In this document: positions 39,354 to 54,881 of the stretch, in pieces | How positions within the stretch are numbered: position 1 is the stretch's first letter | Layout of the letters: the number at the start of each line of letters is the position of its first letter | Assembly: GCA_951406725.2 (NCBI GenBank) | Contig: OX597837.1 | Coordinates: 9,176,001 to 9,240,000 of the forward strand | Length of the DNA stretch: 64,000 nucleotides | Direction of reading: 5' to 3' | Source: Octopus vulgaris | Lineage: Eukaryota | The notes under the pieces: model-generated | What the model saw: only the letters and a program-made list of their open reading frames with translations | Told to the model about the DNA's origin: nothing | Databases searched by the model: none | Translations under genes and position numbers: made by a program

Positions 39354-39406
<53 letters not shown>

Positions 39407-39421
39407 ATTTATGTATATATA

Positions 39422-39631
39422 TATTTCTTTACTACCCACAAGGGGCTAAACACAGAGGGGACAAACAAGGACAGACAAAGGGATTAAGTCGATTACATCG
39501 ATCCCAGTGCGTAACTGGTACTTAATTTATCGACCCCTAAAGGATGAAAGGCAAAGTCGACCTCGGCGGAATTTGAACCCAGAACGTAACGGCAGAAGAA
39601 ATACGGCTACGCATTTCGCCCGGCGTGCTAA
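39422..39631 (-). mobile_element. S2 SINE monomer
   Basis: Reverse complement of one 184-bp unit plus part of the head. Confidence 0.88.
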
Positions 39632-40751
39632 TTATGTATATATATATATATATATAATATATTCACACACACATATTTATGCATAAGCGTAAAAAATTAT
39701 ATATATGGGTCTATGTACATAAACATGCGTATATATATATATTTATATATATATGTGTCTGTGTGTGTGTGTACGTGTGCAGGTATATGTAAACATACAT
39801 TCATACATAAATGCATACATACATGCATACACTCATACATACATAAATGCATACATGCATACATACATGCATACATATTTGAATCTGATTTTACAAAAGA
39901 GAAGCATACAATTCAATATACAATACAGAATACGTTTTATTTTCGTTATCTGAAGACCGACAAGACTCGCAGTCACTGCAAACTTAGAATTTGATAAGTT
40001 TATTGCAACAAAAATTCTTCATCTTAAGCCACAGCAGCGACGCAATTTAAAATACATATTCGCTTACTCTATCTCTTTTTCTCTCTCCCTCTCTTTCTGT
40101 GTATGTCTCTCTGCCTTTCCCCCCTCTGTTTTTGTCTCTGTCGCACACACACATAGACATCCATATATATTTACAGTGTTCACTTAATTTTTAATTTTAA
40201 AAAATTAAATTAAATATGATTGGAAAGCGATATCTATAATGAAACTGACGTTTATAAAAAAATACAAAAGAAAAAAACTTTGAATTGAAACTGGATTATC
40301 GAAGCTCTTGAAGTGTTCCTGGAGGCTTGGCGTCTTGCAGAGAATCCAGCAAGAAGGAAATGAGAACAAAAAAGAATAATAATACCTGGAAAAAGCTTGA
40401 TTTCCTGAGGTCGATTTCTTGCTCAAATAAAGCGTTTATCATATAGGAAACCTAACAAGGATATTGAATCGGAATATTGATGTATCGATATAGATTAACC
40501 GGTGCAAGGACAATGTCATCGTTTCCAATACCACCTTCTAAGGAATTCCAACAGAAAACGTGATAAACAAAGGCACAGTAAGAAGCACTAGAGAACTCCA
40601 CGTCAGAAACACAAGCACTTGAACAACGTAACCACCGTCACAGCCACCAGCATCAAAAGTATCACCACAGCCATTACTAAATTGAGAAAATTCATTTTAA
40701 ATAAAAATTAAGCCAACACTCTAATGACTGTGTGTTACACGCTGTCACCAG

Positions 40752-40810
<59 letters not shown>

Positions 40811-40817
<7 letters not shown>

Positions 40818-41104
40818 TGAGAAAATGAGGGTGTCTAAAAGACACCAACATGCCGAAATAGCAGTCGAAACTCTGACTATAAAACCACGTTAAATGTTCA
40901 TATCGCACCATGAAGTAATACTTCATGGTGCGATATGAACATTTAACGTGGTTTTATAGTCAGAGTTTCGACTGCTATTTCGGCATGTTGGTGTCTTTTA
41001 GACACCCTCATTTTTAATTGTTAAAAATTTTTTTACCTTTGTAAGGTATTTCTTTCATGCTGGCCACTTGATAATTTCGACACTTAAATATCGATATTAT
41101 CCTC
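40811..41104 (+). mobile_element. Family C element with perfect 193-bp palindrome (40822-41014), in (TA)n
   Basis: 96-bp arms around a 1-nt centre at 40918. (TA)n on both flanks. Confidence 0.8.
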
Positions 41105-41113
41105 ATATATATA

Positions 41114-41164
<51 letters not shown>

Positions 41165-41250
41165 TATAGTTGAGTACAGAAATTCGGGGTGAGTACTTGA
41201 TAATTATAAGCACCTGTGTATACCGTTTGGTGGTGTAGGTGGTGGAGTAA

Positions 41251-41714
41251 ATTGATCAAAATAAAAACATGATGCCAAGGATTCAGCGGTACATATGTTT
41301 CGGGCCTTTATTAGACAGATTTATAACAATGCATAATGTATGCCGGTGGCCTTCTTCAGCCGCGCACAACAACTTCCACAAGGACATGTGTTACATCAAA
41401 ATTCTTGGTTGGGGATGCAAATCCTCTCATTCGCGTACGACATAATGCGGCAGCAGCATAGAATTGAAGCGTCCATCTCTTTCTTCTCTCAATGTAGAAT
41501 CAATTCTATGCTGTTGCCGCATTATGTCGTACGCGAATGAGAGGATTTGCATCCCCAACCAAGAATTTTTGATGTAACACATGTCCTTGTAGTTGTTGTG
41601 CGCGGCTGAAGAAGGCCACCGGCATACATTATGCATTGTTATAAATCTGTCTAATAAAGGCCCGAAACATATGTACCGCTGAATCCTTGGCATCATGTTT
41701 TTATTTTGATCAAT
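41251..41714. mobile_element. Family H3 element as inverted duplication carrying a hammerhead on each strand
   Basis: Arms 41251-41467 and 41500-41714 with a 32-nt loop. Only a substitution and two small indels seen between arms. Confidence 0.85.
41602..41679 (+). ncRNA. Type-I hammerhead ribozyme motif with canonical core and long loop 2 (mirror copy 41286-41363 on minus strand)
   Basis: GCGG-CUGAAGA-A-GGCC-(~40 nt)-GGCC-C-GAAA-CAUAUG-U-A-CCGC. Palindromic stem III ACAUAUGU, predicted cut after GUA (41675). Confidence 0.78.
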
Positions 41715-41739
41715 ATATATATATATATATATATATAGT

Positions 41740-41929
41740 GTTAATCCAAACATGAAAACACAACAACGCGTGGACGTGGAACATGTATAGTATTATTGGA
41801 CGCTCAGGAAAAAAAGGAAAGAAGGAGGGTTTAACGCTTCGAGCGGAGCTCTTCGTCAGAGACATAGGAAAAGGAAAGATCCAAAGAAGGGAAGATGGAG
41901 GAAAAAAATCGCCAACGGTACACACGCGG

Positions 41930-41932
<3 letters not shown>
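41740..41932 (-). mobile_element. Hammerhead element family H2 in (TA)n, motif at 41829-41863 (GAAA mutated to GAAG)
   Basis: Homologous to 49591-49803 and 50011-50200. Confidence 0.8.
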
Positions 41933-42001
<69 letters not shown>

Positions 42002-42031
42002 GTATATATATACCTGTATTTATATATATTA

Positions 42032-42231
42032 CGGAGATGTACTCGCATAGCAAGTAATTTGATCTGAGATCGTGTGCTGAAACGAAAACAATTGCAGCGT
42101 GGAAGGTGTTTGTAAGCCATTTAAGAAACACACAAAAGCCGTTCGATTCACTTCAACATTTAAGTTTAATTTGTCAAAATATTTTCGTCGCTAAAATCCG
42201 CGACCTGTTCACTGACAAAAATCCGTGCTGC
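42032..42231 (+). mobile_element. One arm of the palindromic MITE seen at 10463-11083
   Basis: TTA|CGGAGATGTACTCGCATAGCAAG... is the reverse complement of 10916-11083. Confidence 0.75.
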
Positions 42232-43153
42232 TTCTGAGAAAGTAACAGTTAGTTCGTCATATATATGTACGTATGTATGTGTGTATGTATGCATATTTGT
42301 GTGTATGTATGTATGCATGTACGTACATACGCCTGTGTATGCATGTATATATGTATGTATGTATGTATGTATGTGTGTGTATATGCACGCACATACACAC
42401 TATAAACATAAAGCTATAAACCTGTAGCGATGGATAGATGTAGAGTGACCACTCATCACAATAATATCAAATTTCAACTTTCCCCGACGAAGCCTGGAAG
42501 TGATTTATGACCCTTACTCCCAAAACTATACCCTAAAACCTATTATCAGATATTTATCTCTATATCACAGAACTTTTGTTTTACTATTGTGCGTATGTAT
42601 GTTTGTATGTGCGTATGTATGTATGTATGTATGTATGAATGTATGTATGTATGTGTGTATGTACATACGTACGCATGTGCCTATGTATGTATACGCGCAC
42701 GTATGCATGTGCCCATGTATGTGTGTGCGTATGTACGTGTGTATGCGCATACGTAGGTATGTATGTATGTTTGTACTCATGTGCTACGTATGTATGTGAG
42801 TGTCTAGGAGAATACATATATATAATTATTCAGAAGTCAAATCATATAATAATATGCAAACAAATAATGGAACGACACAATAAATGCAATGGATGCACAG
42901 ACGAACGGAGGACAAAGGAAATTTCATGTCATTATCGATAATAGCATGAAATTACGTTTGACGACCTGACCGGTAAATGACGAGGTATTTGTTACCAGTG
43001 CTTCTTTTCCGTACGTCTGTGAGTCGGTGCATTCCGTGTATTTAATATGACTTTCCGTCTGTTTGTTTATTACTGTACGTTTTGACTTCTGAAAATGTTA
43101 TATTGCAGACACCGGAAAATACACAAAGGATATACACTAGTGTATGCATTTAA

Positions 43154-43190
<37 letters not shown>

Positions 43191-43583
43191 TACACATGCA
43201 TATATGGGTACAGAACGTCACCAACGGTTCAAACAACAAGAAATACTTAAACAACGAGAAATATATGGAGAACAGGACAAGTAAACAGAGATATAGGGCT
43301 CTTCGTCAGTTGTCGGCTGTCTGTCTACTCCTCATTTCGAGCATTCAACGACAATAGGAATCTTCAAAACAGTTGTTCTCATAAATTCCAAAATAAAATT
43401 TCGCATTTATGAAGGGTTAAATTTGGGAACAAAAACAGGACAATGGAAACCAAACGAAAACAAACATGGTAAATCGGTTGACCAGAACGAGAGGAAAATA
43501 ACGAATGCTCTGAGAATATTTTTGGGAAAAGAGAAAAAATAGAAGGGCTCTTTATCTCTGTTTACTTGTCATGTTCTCCATTT

Positions 43584-43617
<34 letters not shown>

Positions 43618-43657
43618 GGGCGCACGTGTGTGTATTCGTTTGTTGTTTGCATCAGTC

Positions 43658-43863
43658 TTTGTCCCCGGACTATCGCTTGACGTCTACTGTTGGTGTGTTT
43701 ACGTCCCTGTCACTTAGCGGTTCGGCAAAAAACAGAACGATATGATGAGTACAAGGCTTACAAACAATAAGTCCGAGGGTCGATCTATTCGACTAAAGAT
43801 GGTGCTCCAGCATAGCAGCTGTCAAAATTCTGAAACAAGTCGACGAATAGAAGAATAAAAGAA
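43658..43863 (+). mobile_element. S1 SINE 3' half, diverged
   Basis: GTTTACGTCCCTGTCACTTAGCGGTTCGGCAAAA...GGTGCTCCAGCAT. Confidence 0.8.
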
Positions 43864-44079
43864 CATATTACGCTCACATATACAGATACAAGACTAACTA
43901 CATCATTACGCAGATGGATAATACTTGATCTATGACATTTATGCGTTCTTCAACACTCAGTGTCGTGCAGAGCGCTACCCAGACGCCATCACGCAGCAAA
44001 TTCGACGCACAAATAAAACACTGCACTCCTGTATGTGCGATTGATGATTACAGTACTAGAGCTGTGTGTAATACGTAAT

Positions 44080-44112
<33 letters not shown>

Positions 44113-44637
44113 CGCAAACGCACACACACTATGCACAGCACAGAGAAACACACACACACAGATACATTCACTCGCTTTTGTTGACCTGAAGAGTGACAAA
44201 ATACCTAATGCATGCTCTTCTATGGTAGCCACTTCTGCAGTTTCAGTGTTTCTTGCCAGCAGTAGAATTCAGCCAATAAATCAATTGCATGATGAATAGA
44301 TACTACATAATGAACAACATCATTTTTTACAATTATCATACAAGGAGGATGTTTAGGTCGCCAAAGTGGAGCAACGTAATGTTTAAAATGATACTAGGTA
44401 GATCAAACTTTTACGCATATGGGTAGTATCTTAGTTTTAAAATGTTTACATTCCAGTGAAGAATATGCTATAATTTCATGCAAAATATTATGCTTGTATT
44501 ATAAGTTTGCACGACAGAAATTTGCTTCTATGCGGGTATGTAGAGAATATCTCTTTTCTCCCATTTAATGAAGTTATCAATATTAATGTATGACATATTT
44601 TATGCCGTGACACACATAGCGCTAAAGAGCAATAACT

Positions 44638-44653
44638 GTTGCTGACGCTGCTG

Positions 44654-44708
<55 letters not shown>

Positions 44709-44711
44709 CAT

Positions 44712-44761
<50 letters not shown>

Positions 44762-44762
44762 T

Positions 44763-44798
<36 letters not shown>

Positions 44799-44870
44799 AG
44801 CTGCTGCTGCTGCTGCTGCTGCTGCTACTACTACTACATCTAGTAATATCACTGCTGCTACTGTTGCTGT
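44638..44870. repeat. (CTA)n/(CTG)n trinucleotide array
   Basis: Direct tandem repeat. Confidence 0.95.
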
Positions 44871-45436
44871 TTCTGTCGATACTGCCAAAGCTTCCAGTTT
44901 CGGTATCGCTAGTACTACTGCTAAAATTAAAATCAATACTATTGACTAGATTAGTGCTGGACTACTGCTAATTCTACTACAAGAGTAATAAAAAATGATT
45001 AATATGCAAATATTACCACCACCACCACAACAACAACAACAAAAACAAATACCACTAATATTAAAACTACTAATTCTACTATATAAAATGTAACGATGAA
45101 CATTAGCGAGAAAACAAGGAAATATTTCCAAAATTTGCTGCTGGAAATGACAAAAGACACGAACTTGGCAATATATTTTCCCCTTTAGTAAAGATATTCA
45201 CAATAAGAGGTCTAAAGTGTCTGGTGTTCTTGAAAGTCTTGGAAACATATTACAGACTCAAGACTAGCTGGAACACACAAGCACACGTATACACATAAAC
45301 ACATAGATACAAGCACGTTTACACACAAAAAAAATCACATATACACGATACGCAGACACGAACGATCATGCAGTTCCAAGCACAGTCATGTATGTCACTC
45401 TTTCTCCTTCAAATATATATATGTATATATATATAA

Positions 45437-45483
<47 letters not shown>

Positions 45484-45795
45484 ATGTGAATATTCTGTGA
45501 AAATTAAACACACGTATCTATATATAGAAGATGCTCCAATATATATATATGTGTATGCGTGTGTGTGTATGATATGTATAGTTGTATATATATATATATA
45601 TATATATATCCATGCGAACAATGTATGTGCGAGATTGAACATATCACAAGGGCGCGTACGTATGTACACACACATGAAATATTGTATGTGTTGTGTGTGT
45701 GTGCGTGCGAGTGTGTATAATGTATATATATATTTATTATTATTGTTATCATTATTATAATAATAATTATTATTATTATTATTATTATTATTATT

Positions 45796-46254
45796 GAGTG
45801 AGAGAGCAGTTCATGCCATCAAAGTGACACTGGGGTAAAATATACGAAGCCCAGTATACCCATCATGACTACCCGGCTGATAAGGGTACACCAGGCACAT
45901 GCATCACAACCACATGTGCACGACATGGTGATCTCATATCAAGATAAACAGCACATGACCTTGCAGGTGGGGCCCAGTTAGAATTTTCTTCTGGTTGAGT
46001 AACCCATCCTGCTCAAATGGTCCCTGAATAAGGGTCGTTTAAGGATGTTGAACGAAACACCCATGTTTCCAAAGGTGAATTATTCAAACTCCAAAGAATT
46101 CCTCTCAACACATGGCTATGATGCTCCCCCACTACTTCTGCTCGTGATCAGAGATGCACATTTCGTCAGCCACTAAGGGACGTGCTCAACTGGTTAAGGT
46201 CAAACAACTGACAAACAAATCTGTGGTATTGAGCAGAATATTTATTGTTGCCCA
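45796..46254 (+). mobile_element. 459-bp non-coding element inserted in an (ATT)n tract, possibly a non-autonomous HERO/NeSL-type derivative
   Basis: Pure (ATT)n on both sides and GC content well above the flanks. AGGGT...GATGTTGAACGAAACACCCATG resembles my recollection of HERO 3' UTRs. Confidence 0.5.
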
Positions 46255-46338
<84 letters not shown>

Positions 46339-46410
46339 CAGATATACATGTGTGCATGTTCGTGGAGGTGTATAGTTTTTAGTGTGTGTTGGTATGTATG
46401 TATGTATGTA

Positions 46411-46457
<47 letters not shown>

Positions 46458-46520
46458 CTGGTCATGTCTATTTTTCTGTCTAGGTGTTTATGAATAGGTA
46501 TATATAAATATATACATATA

Positions 46521-46617
<97 letters not shown>

Positions 46618-47030
46618 GTATGTAAGTATGTATGTATATATGATCATACATTTGTCTGTGTGTACATGTGCATGCGCAAATATAAATAGGACAAAAGCAA
46701 TCCTAAAAGGGACATCAAGAATGTAGCTAAACAAAATCATACAAGCATCCACTGAGAAAACGTCATACAGTCATGTATATTCAGACTCTCACACACACCT
46801 ACAGCCTTGTGCACGTACATACATACACAAACACACAAATGCGCGAATGTAAACCTTTTAATGTTCGATGCTGTCACAGTATTGTAAGATTTAAGATTCA
46901 CACACAAGGGTAAACAAAGGCATATATAAATTCATGTTTATACATATATACCTATACATATCTTAATATATATTAATGTATACCTTTATATACAAAAACA
47001 TACCCACACCCCCACACGCATCTATACGTT

Positions 47031-47068
<38 letters not shown>

Positions 47069-47215
47069 TTTTGTGTATGTGTACAATTTTTATAATTACA
47101 TGCGTATACACGTTAACCTTTATGTATTTTCTCAGTAATTTATGCACACACATGTATATACACGCACACATACACATATATATAAATAAATGTACACGTG
47201 TATATATGTATGTGG

Positions 47216-47281
<66 letters not shown>

Positions 47282-47291
47282 AGTATATGTT

Positions 47292-47328
<37 letters not shown>

Positions 47329-47411
47329 TTCATACATACATGCACACATGCATGTTTACACGCATTCATACATAAATATTCATATGCGTACATGAATATA
47401 TATATACATAC

Positions 47412-47517
<106 letters not shown>

Positions 47518-48123
47518 TTACTCTACATGCATGCAAAACGTACACATCACACAGAGGTGATGCTTTTGCGCTATTTCGCTTTTCTAGAAATGTGAATTGT
47601 AAATGCTAAATGTTTCGCTGATGTAGCATGCTACGTTGTGTTAAATAGTGATATTGCCATTAACCTGTCTTCTAAACTCTCATAGAAACAGCAAATGGAA
47701 GAAGTGCATGTTGAAAAGACGCTTTCGCTTAAAATACATCTTTATTTCGAAGCCATATTAACAAACTTTGACATGTCTTCTATGCAAGTAAACCGGTGAA
47801 AAGCGCCATTGCAAGCGGGAGGTAAATGATCACGCGTACTTTTTGGTCTCTGCATTTAGACACACATACACAGGAAGAGGAACACACGGAGACACATCTC
47901 CACGCACACAACACAAGTACTCGTAGACACACTCGCGTAGATGTAGGCTTGCACTTACAAGCATAAAGACATATGTATGTGTGTGTGTTTGCCTGTGTGT
48001 ATGTTTATGTAGTTATATAGATATGTGTATACATATATTTCCGCATCTATCTATCTATGAATCCAACTATCTATCTATCTATCTATCTATTTATCTATCT
48101 ATCTATCTGTCTATCTATATCCG

Positions 48124-48228
<105 letters not shown>

Positions 48229-48400
48229 ATCTATCTATCTATCTATCTGTCTATCTGTCTGTATGTCGTTCTGCCTGTCTTTCCAACTTTCTACCTATCT
48301 AGCTATATATCTATCTATTTATATGTATATATATATATGTGTGTGTGTGAGTGTGTATGTACATATAGATAGATATATAGATATATAGATAGATATAGAT

Positions 48401-48441
<41 letters not shown>

Positions 48442-48784
48442 AATAAACTACGTATTTGTGTATGCATATATCTGTACGAATATGTATATAGTTATACCTG
48501 CATATATGTACATTTACATGTGTACGTGTGAGTGTGTGTGAGTGTGTGTGAGAGAGAGTGCACATACACAAGCACACACATACATACACACGCAATTCAA
48601 ATATTATAAACGCGTCGCCCGAGGTAACTAACAACACGTGGGAAGTACCAGCTGCGGCACTGTAAATAGCACACACACATATATATATATACACACATAA
48701 TATATATACATATATGTACATATATATATATATACATATATATACATACACATATATATATATACATATATACATATATACATA

Positions 48785-48896
<112 letters not shown>

Positions 48897-49385
48897 ATAT
48901 ATGTATATATAGCTGCTAGAATGGGAGGTTGGTATGGTGCAGTGACTTCAAGAGTGGCTCAGTAGGTGAGTGCAAGGCTGAAGATTTATAAGAAAATACG
49001 AGAAAAATAGAGCGCAAGGGAGAATGGAAGGTAGTGGAAAAGATAAAGCGAGTGAGCGAGTGAAATCGATAGTCTGAGAGAGTTAGAGAGAAAGTGAGAC
49101 AGAATGGCAGAAATCGAAAAGGAGAGAGTGCGAAAAATGAGGTGAGGTGTTTAAAAGTTTAATGTGGGGACATTGATGCTATGGAAACTGAATTCAACGT
49201 TCTGAAATGAACGAATTTACCTGTGTATAATATCTTCATGAAAATTAGCTCATAACCACGCATACACCCACAACGAAGAAGTTATCTACATAGTTCTTTC
49301 TGCTACAGGTATTTTGTAGATAATCCTTCTGCTACGCTTAATACTCTCAAAAACGGGTAGGAGGCTTTCTAGATCTCGATCTATG

Positions 49386-49474
<89 letters not shown>

Positions 49475-49540
49475 AAATATATATATATATATGTATAAAA
49501 TATATATATATATATATGTATAAATATATATATATATATG

Positions 49541-50200
<660 letters not shown>

Positions 50201-50451
50201 TATTAGGCTGTTTCACATGAAATGTAGTATTTGAAAGGTAACGATAAAAATTTTCAGAAGTGTTAGAGAACTGATTTATTTAATCAAAGTATGATCCATG
50301 TCCATTTATGACGTTTACCCGAAGTTTCCCTATGTCATATATTCCATCTTTAAAAGGAAAGGTTATAACAAAAACAGACGGAGAGAGGAAAAATGTGTAG
50401 GCAAAAACGGTTCAACATGATATGTGTGTGTGTGTTTTGTGTTTATTTATG

Positions 50452-50501
<50 letters not shown>

Positions 50502-50567
50502 CATATATATTTTGTTTATTTCCGTAAACCTGCCTTCGTCTTTTGTCTATTTTCATAAAGCTTCCCG

Positions 50568-50620
<53 letters not shown>

Positions 50621-50714
50621 CATATATATATATATATATAAGTGTATGTATATGTGTGTGTGTTCCTACCTTACCCACGAACTTTTACATATGTATATAT
50701 ATGTATATATATAC

Positions 50715-50755
<41 letters not shown>

Positions 50756-50898
50756 TATATACATAAGCAAATACGTGTATATATTTGTATATATGTATAT
50801 ATATATATATATATGTATATACATATATATATATACACGTATATGTATATAACATCCCTTATATATACAAATATATATATAAATATGTATATATGTAT

Positions 50899-50938
<40 letters not shown>

Positions 50939-51759
50939 CATATATACATATTTATATATATATATTTGTATTGTAAGTATAAGGGATGTTAGAGAGATGT
51001 CTAGCAATTAATCTTTATCCATTGGCGATTAAAGTAAGATTCTGAAAGCGCACCGGTGAGTTTTGAACCCGGTACGTTAGCAAGTTGCATTATCCGACCG
51101 AATTAAATGCACTCTATTATTTAAAGCAACACACGTCTGTATTCACCCATCGATCACAACCACATTTCTTGTCTTTAACAATAACAAAAAACCGAACAAC
51201 AAATACAATAGCGACACCTATAACAAAATCACATTCTATGTTTCAGTCATAAGTATTTGCCGTCTTCATTAAGCTTAAAAAAAAATGTCGCACATCTAGT
51301 GACAAAGAATTTGACAGGAATTTGAAATGTTTAATAAACACAATATAATTCGCTTTCGCATAATATGTAAAGCTTAAGAATACATCAACAGACAGGACTT
51401 AATAACGAAAAGAGAAGAATCACAATTACAATGTCGTTTTATGAAAAACTACAAGTAGCTTTTCAATAAGATAATTTCTATGTAAACATTACTCCGTGTA
51501 TCTCTTTTGTGATGTTTATCTTTTGTGTTGACGATGCCCATTGACTATCAGTTAAGTCTCAATAGAGAACGATAATAAGAAAGAGAAAAGCGCTATTGCC
51601 ATTTGCTTTCGATTTTCCGGTTGTAGAATATTTATTGATATGTGTATATGTACGCGAGTACGTACGCTTATGTGGATATGTGTGTGCCTGTGGTTACATA
51701 TTTGTTTTTCAGTTTTTCTTTTCTAGTCTTTGTCATTTGACAGCGGCCATACATAAATG

Positions 51760-51791
<32 letters not shown>

Positions 51792-51824
51792 CACACGTAC
51801 ATATATACATACATACATGTATAC

Positions 51825-51857
<33 letters not shown>

Positions 51858-51979
51858 ATGTGTATATAAATATATACATATATATGTATAGATATCTATA
51901 TGTGTGAGTATATATATGTATGCATATATATATATATATATATATATATAAATGTATGTATTTGTGTGTTTGTTTTTTG

Positions 51980-52073
<94 letters not shown>

Positions 52074-52601
52074 TGTATATATGTATGTCTGTATATATAT
52101 GCAGTATATAAATATATACATGTATGAATATATCTATTTTTGTGTGCGTGTATGTATATATATGTATGTGTGTAGAAAGATACGTATATGTAAATATATA
52201 TTTGCATACATATATATATACGTGTGTAGACGTGAATGTCTGTGTGTATATAATTGTCTTTAATATTTCTATTATCTCTTATTCTTCATATATATATATA
52301 TATATCCGTACGTAACATGTTCGGGGGCTTTCTGTCTTAAGAGTGGCACCATGTTTTTTACTGTTCTGCACTTTATTCGTTAAATAAAATGACATGTCCA
52401 TAGGATTGTATTTTGATTTGTATCGTGAGACTATGAAAATTATAACTTTTCTTTATCTATCTATCTGTCTATTAATTCATCCATTATTTATCCATTATTT
52501 ATCTACCTGTCTGTCTGTCTAACTGTCTCTCCGTCCATCCGCCCATCCAACCAGTTATCTATTTATCTACGTTTCTGCTTAATTATTTATTTTTTCTATA
52601 T

Positions 52602-52648
<47 letters not shown>

Positions 52649-52891
52649 TGTGTGTCAATCTACCCATGCACATTACATTCTCTCCCTCTGTTTGTATATA
52701 CACATATGTTGATATGTATGCCTCTGTTTCTCTGCGTGTGTGTCTGCGCAAATGTGAGTGTATACATGTATCTATCAGGCCAACTCGCCGTTTTTCCTCG
52801 CTCGACTCAGTCATTTCATATCACATATCACGCCCCCTCTTTGTAGCTGGCACGATGATTTCGAGTCACACACTCAATATCTCAGTGAAAT

Positions 52892-53104
52892 AAGGCAGCG
52901 AGCAGGCAGAAACGTTAGCACGCCGGGCGAAATGCTTAACGGTATTTCGTCTGTCTTTCCGTCCTGAGTACAAATTCCGCCGAGGTCCACTTTGCCTTTC
53001 ATCCTTTCGGGGTCGATAAATAAAGTACCAATTGGGTACCGGGGTCGATTTAATCCACTGGCTCTTTCCCCAAAAATTTTGGGCCTTGTACCTAGAGTAG
53101 AAGG
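52892..53104 (+). mobile_element. S2 SINE monomer with alternative 3' tail
   Basis: S2 head and central domain, then AAAATTTTGGGCCTTGTACCTAGAG. Degenerate TSD AATATCTCAGTGAAA / AATATATCAGTCAAA. Confidence 0.82.
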
Positions 53105-53529
53105 AATATATCAGTCAAACACATCTCTCATTGGTGATACTCTAGTCAAAGACATTATTCGTACCTGAGGAGTGGAGTGTTTTTCCATCACATCCTTTTC
53201 TGTGACCAGTATTTAACTCTCCCTCATACAAACCGTCAAAATACAACCGCTCAACGGACTATCACTTGCTTTCCGTGTATTCCACTCCGAACCCATTACT
53301 TCCCCACATCTTCATCCAAACAACCCCTCCCTATAAACATCATGAACTGTTCATTCGTATCTTCTCCAGAACGTGTATTTCTTTCTTGTTGTCACACCAG
53401 TTACTTCCTCTATGGTGTCACTGCTAAGTAGTGAGTAAATTATGATAAAAGCAATATTAGATATTGTAAAATGACACTAAATCATATCATACTACATATA
53501 GATACCACCATATGGTCTTGTCCCTGATA

Positions 53530-53850
53530 AGATGTGGTGGTTGTTGTGCCTCAATGATTCAAGAGCTATGACAAGCAGAGTTCAAGTACCTCGCGGGGCA
53601 TCCCAAGCCAGACAAATCACAAGACACGGACTAGAGCAACATGGATCATACACCAATTCCCAGATTTTAAGAAATTAGTTTCCGTATGACTAACCTGCAT
53701 TTCTAGGAAAATCCCAAGTTCCAGGAACATCGAAGACCTGGGCGAGAAAGATCCTGGTTTTGAAACAGGAAATACAACTACACGGAGTCGAAAGAAAAAT
53801 GAGGAAACGTCGGCACGACTCCATGTTCAATAGGGTGCGAAGATCTAAAG
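53530..53850 (+). mobile_element. Possible decayed RTE-clade 5' UTR
   Basis: GTGCCTCAATGATTCAAGAGCTATG...TCCCAAGCCAGACA resembles the conserved RTE 5' UTR block (from memory). Confidence 0.4.
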
Positions 53851-53893
53851 TAATTAAATAAAAGCAAAATGTTTTGGGTGTATATAGTTTATG

Positions 53894-54881
53894 TATTTCT
53901 TTACTACCCACAAGGGGCTAAACACAGAGGGGACAAACAAGGACAGACAAAGGGATTAAGTCGATTACATCGACCCCAGTGCGTAAGTGGTACTTAATTT
54001 ATCGACCCCGAAAGGATGAAAGGCAAAGTCGACCTCGGCGGAATTTGAACTCAGAAGGTAGCGGCAGACAAAATACCTATTTCTTCACTGCCCACAAGGG
54101 GCTAAACACAGAGGGGACAAACAAGGACAGACAAAGGGATTAAGTCGATTACATCGACCCCAGTGCGTAAGTGGTACTTAATTTATCGACCCCGAAAGGA
54201 TGAAAGGCAAAGTCGACCTCGGCGGAATTTGAACTCAGAAGGTAGCGGCAGACAAAATACCTATTTCTTCACTGCCCACAAGGGGCTAAACACAGAGGGG
54301 ACAAACAAGGACAGACAAAGGGATTAAGTCGATTACATCGACCCCAGTCCGTAAGTGGTACTTAATTTATCGACCCCGAAAGGATGAAAGGCAAAGTCGA
54401 CCTCGGCGGAATTTGAACTCAGAACGTAGCGGCAGACAAAATACCTATTTCTTCACTGCCCACAAGGGGCTAAACACAGAGGGGACAAACAAGGACAGAC
54501 AAAGGGATTAAGTCGATTACATCGACCCCAGGCAACGATTACATCGACCCCAGTGCGTAAGTGGTACTTAATTTATCGACCCCGAAAGGATGAAAGGCAA
54601 AGTCGACCTCGGCGGAATTTGAACTCAGAATGTAGCGGCAGACGAAATACCGATTTCTTTATTACCCACAAGGGGCTAAACACAGAGGGGACAAACAAGG
54701 ACAGACAAAGGGATTAAGTCGATTACATCGACCCCAGTGTGTAAGTGGTACTTAATTTATCGACCCCGAAAGGATGAAAGGCAAAGTCGACCTCGGCGGA
54801 ATTTGAACTCGGAACGTAACGACAGATGAAATACGGCTACGAATTTCGCCCGGCGTGCTAACGTTGCTACCAGCTCCCCGC
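53894..54881 (-). mobile_element. S2 SINE pentamer (184-bp units) with one 13-bp TSD
   Basis: Unit boundaries at 53894, 54078, 54262, 54446 and 54652 (one unit carries a 22-bp insertion, mostly a local duplication). TSD TATATAGTTTATG at 53881-53893 and 54882-54894. Confidence 0.92.

Noticed and set aside
40270-40360. VFLEAW motif suggesting a Poseidon-type PLE endonuclease
   Set aside because: Only a few residues match and there is no flanking support by eye.
46015-46075. Hammerhead-like CTGAATAA...GAAACACCCATGT in the ATT-embedded element
   Set aside because: The core lacks G8, and stems I and II are out of register.
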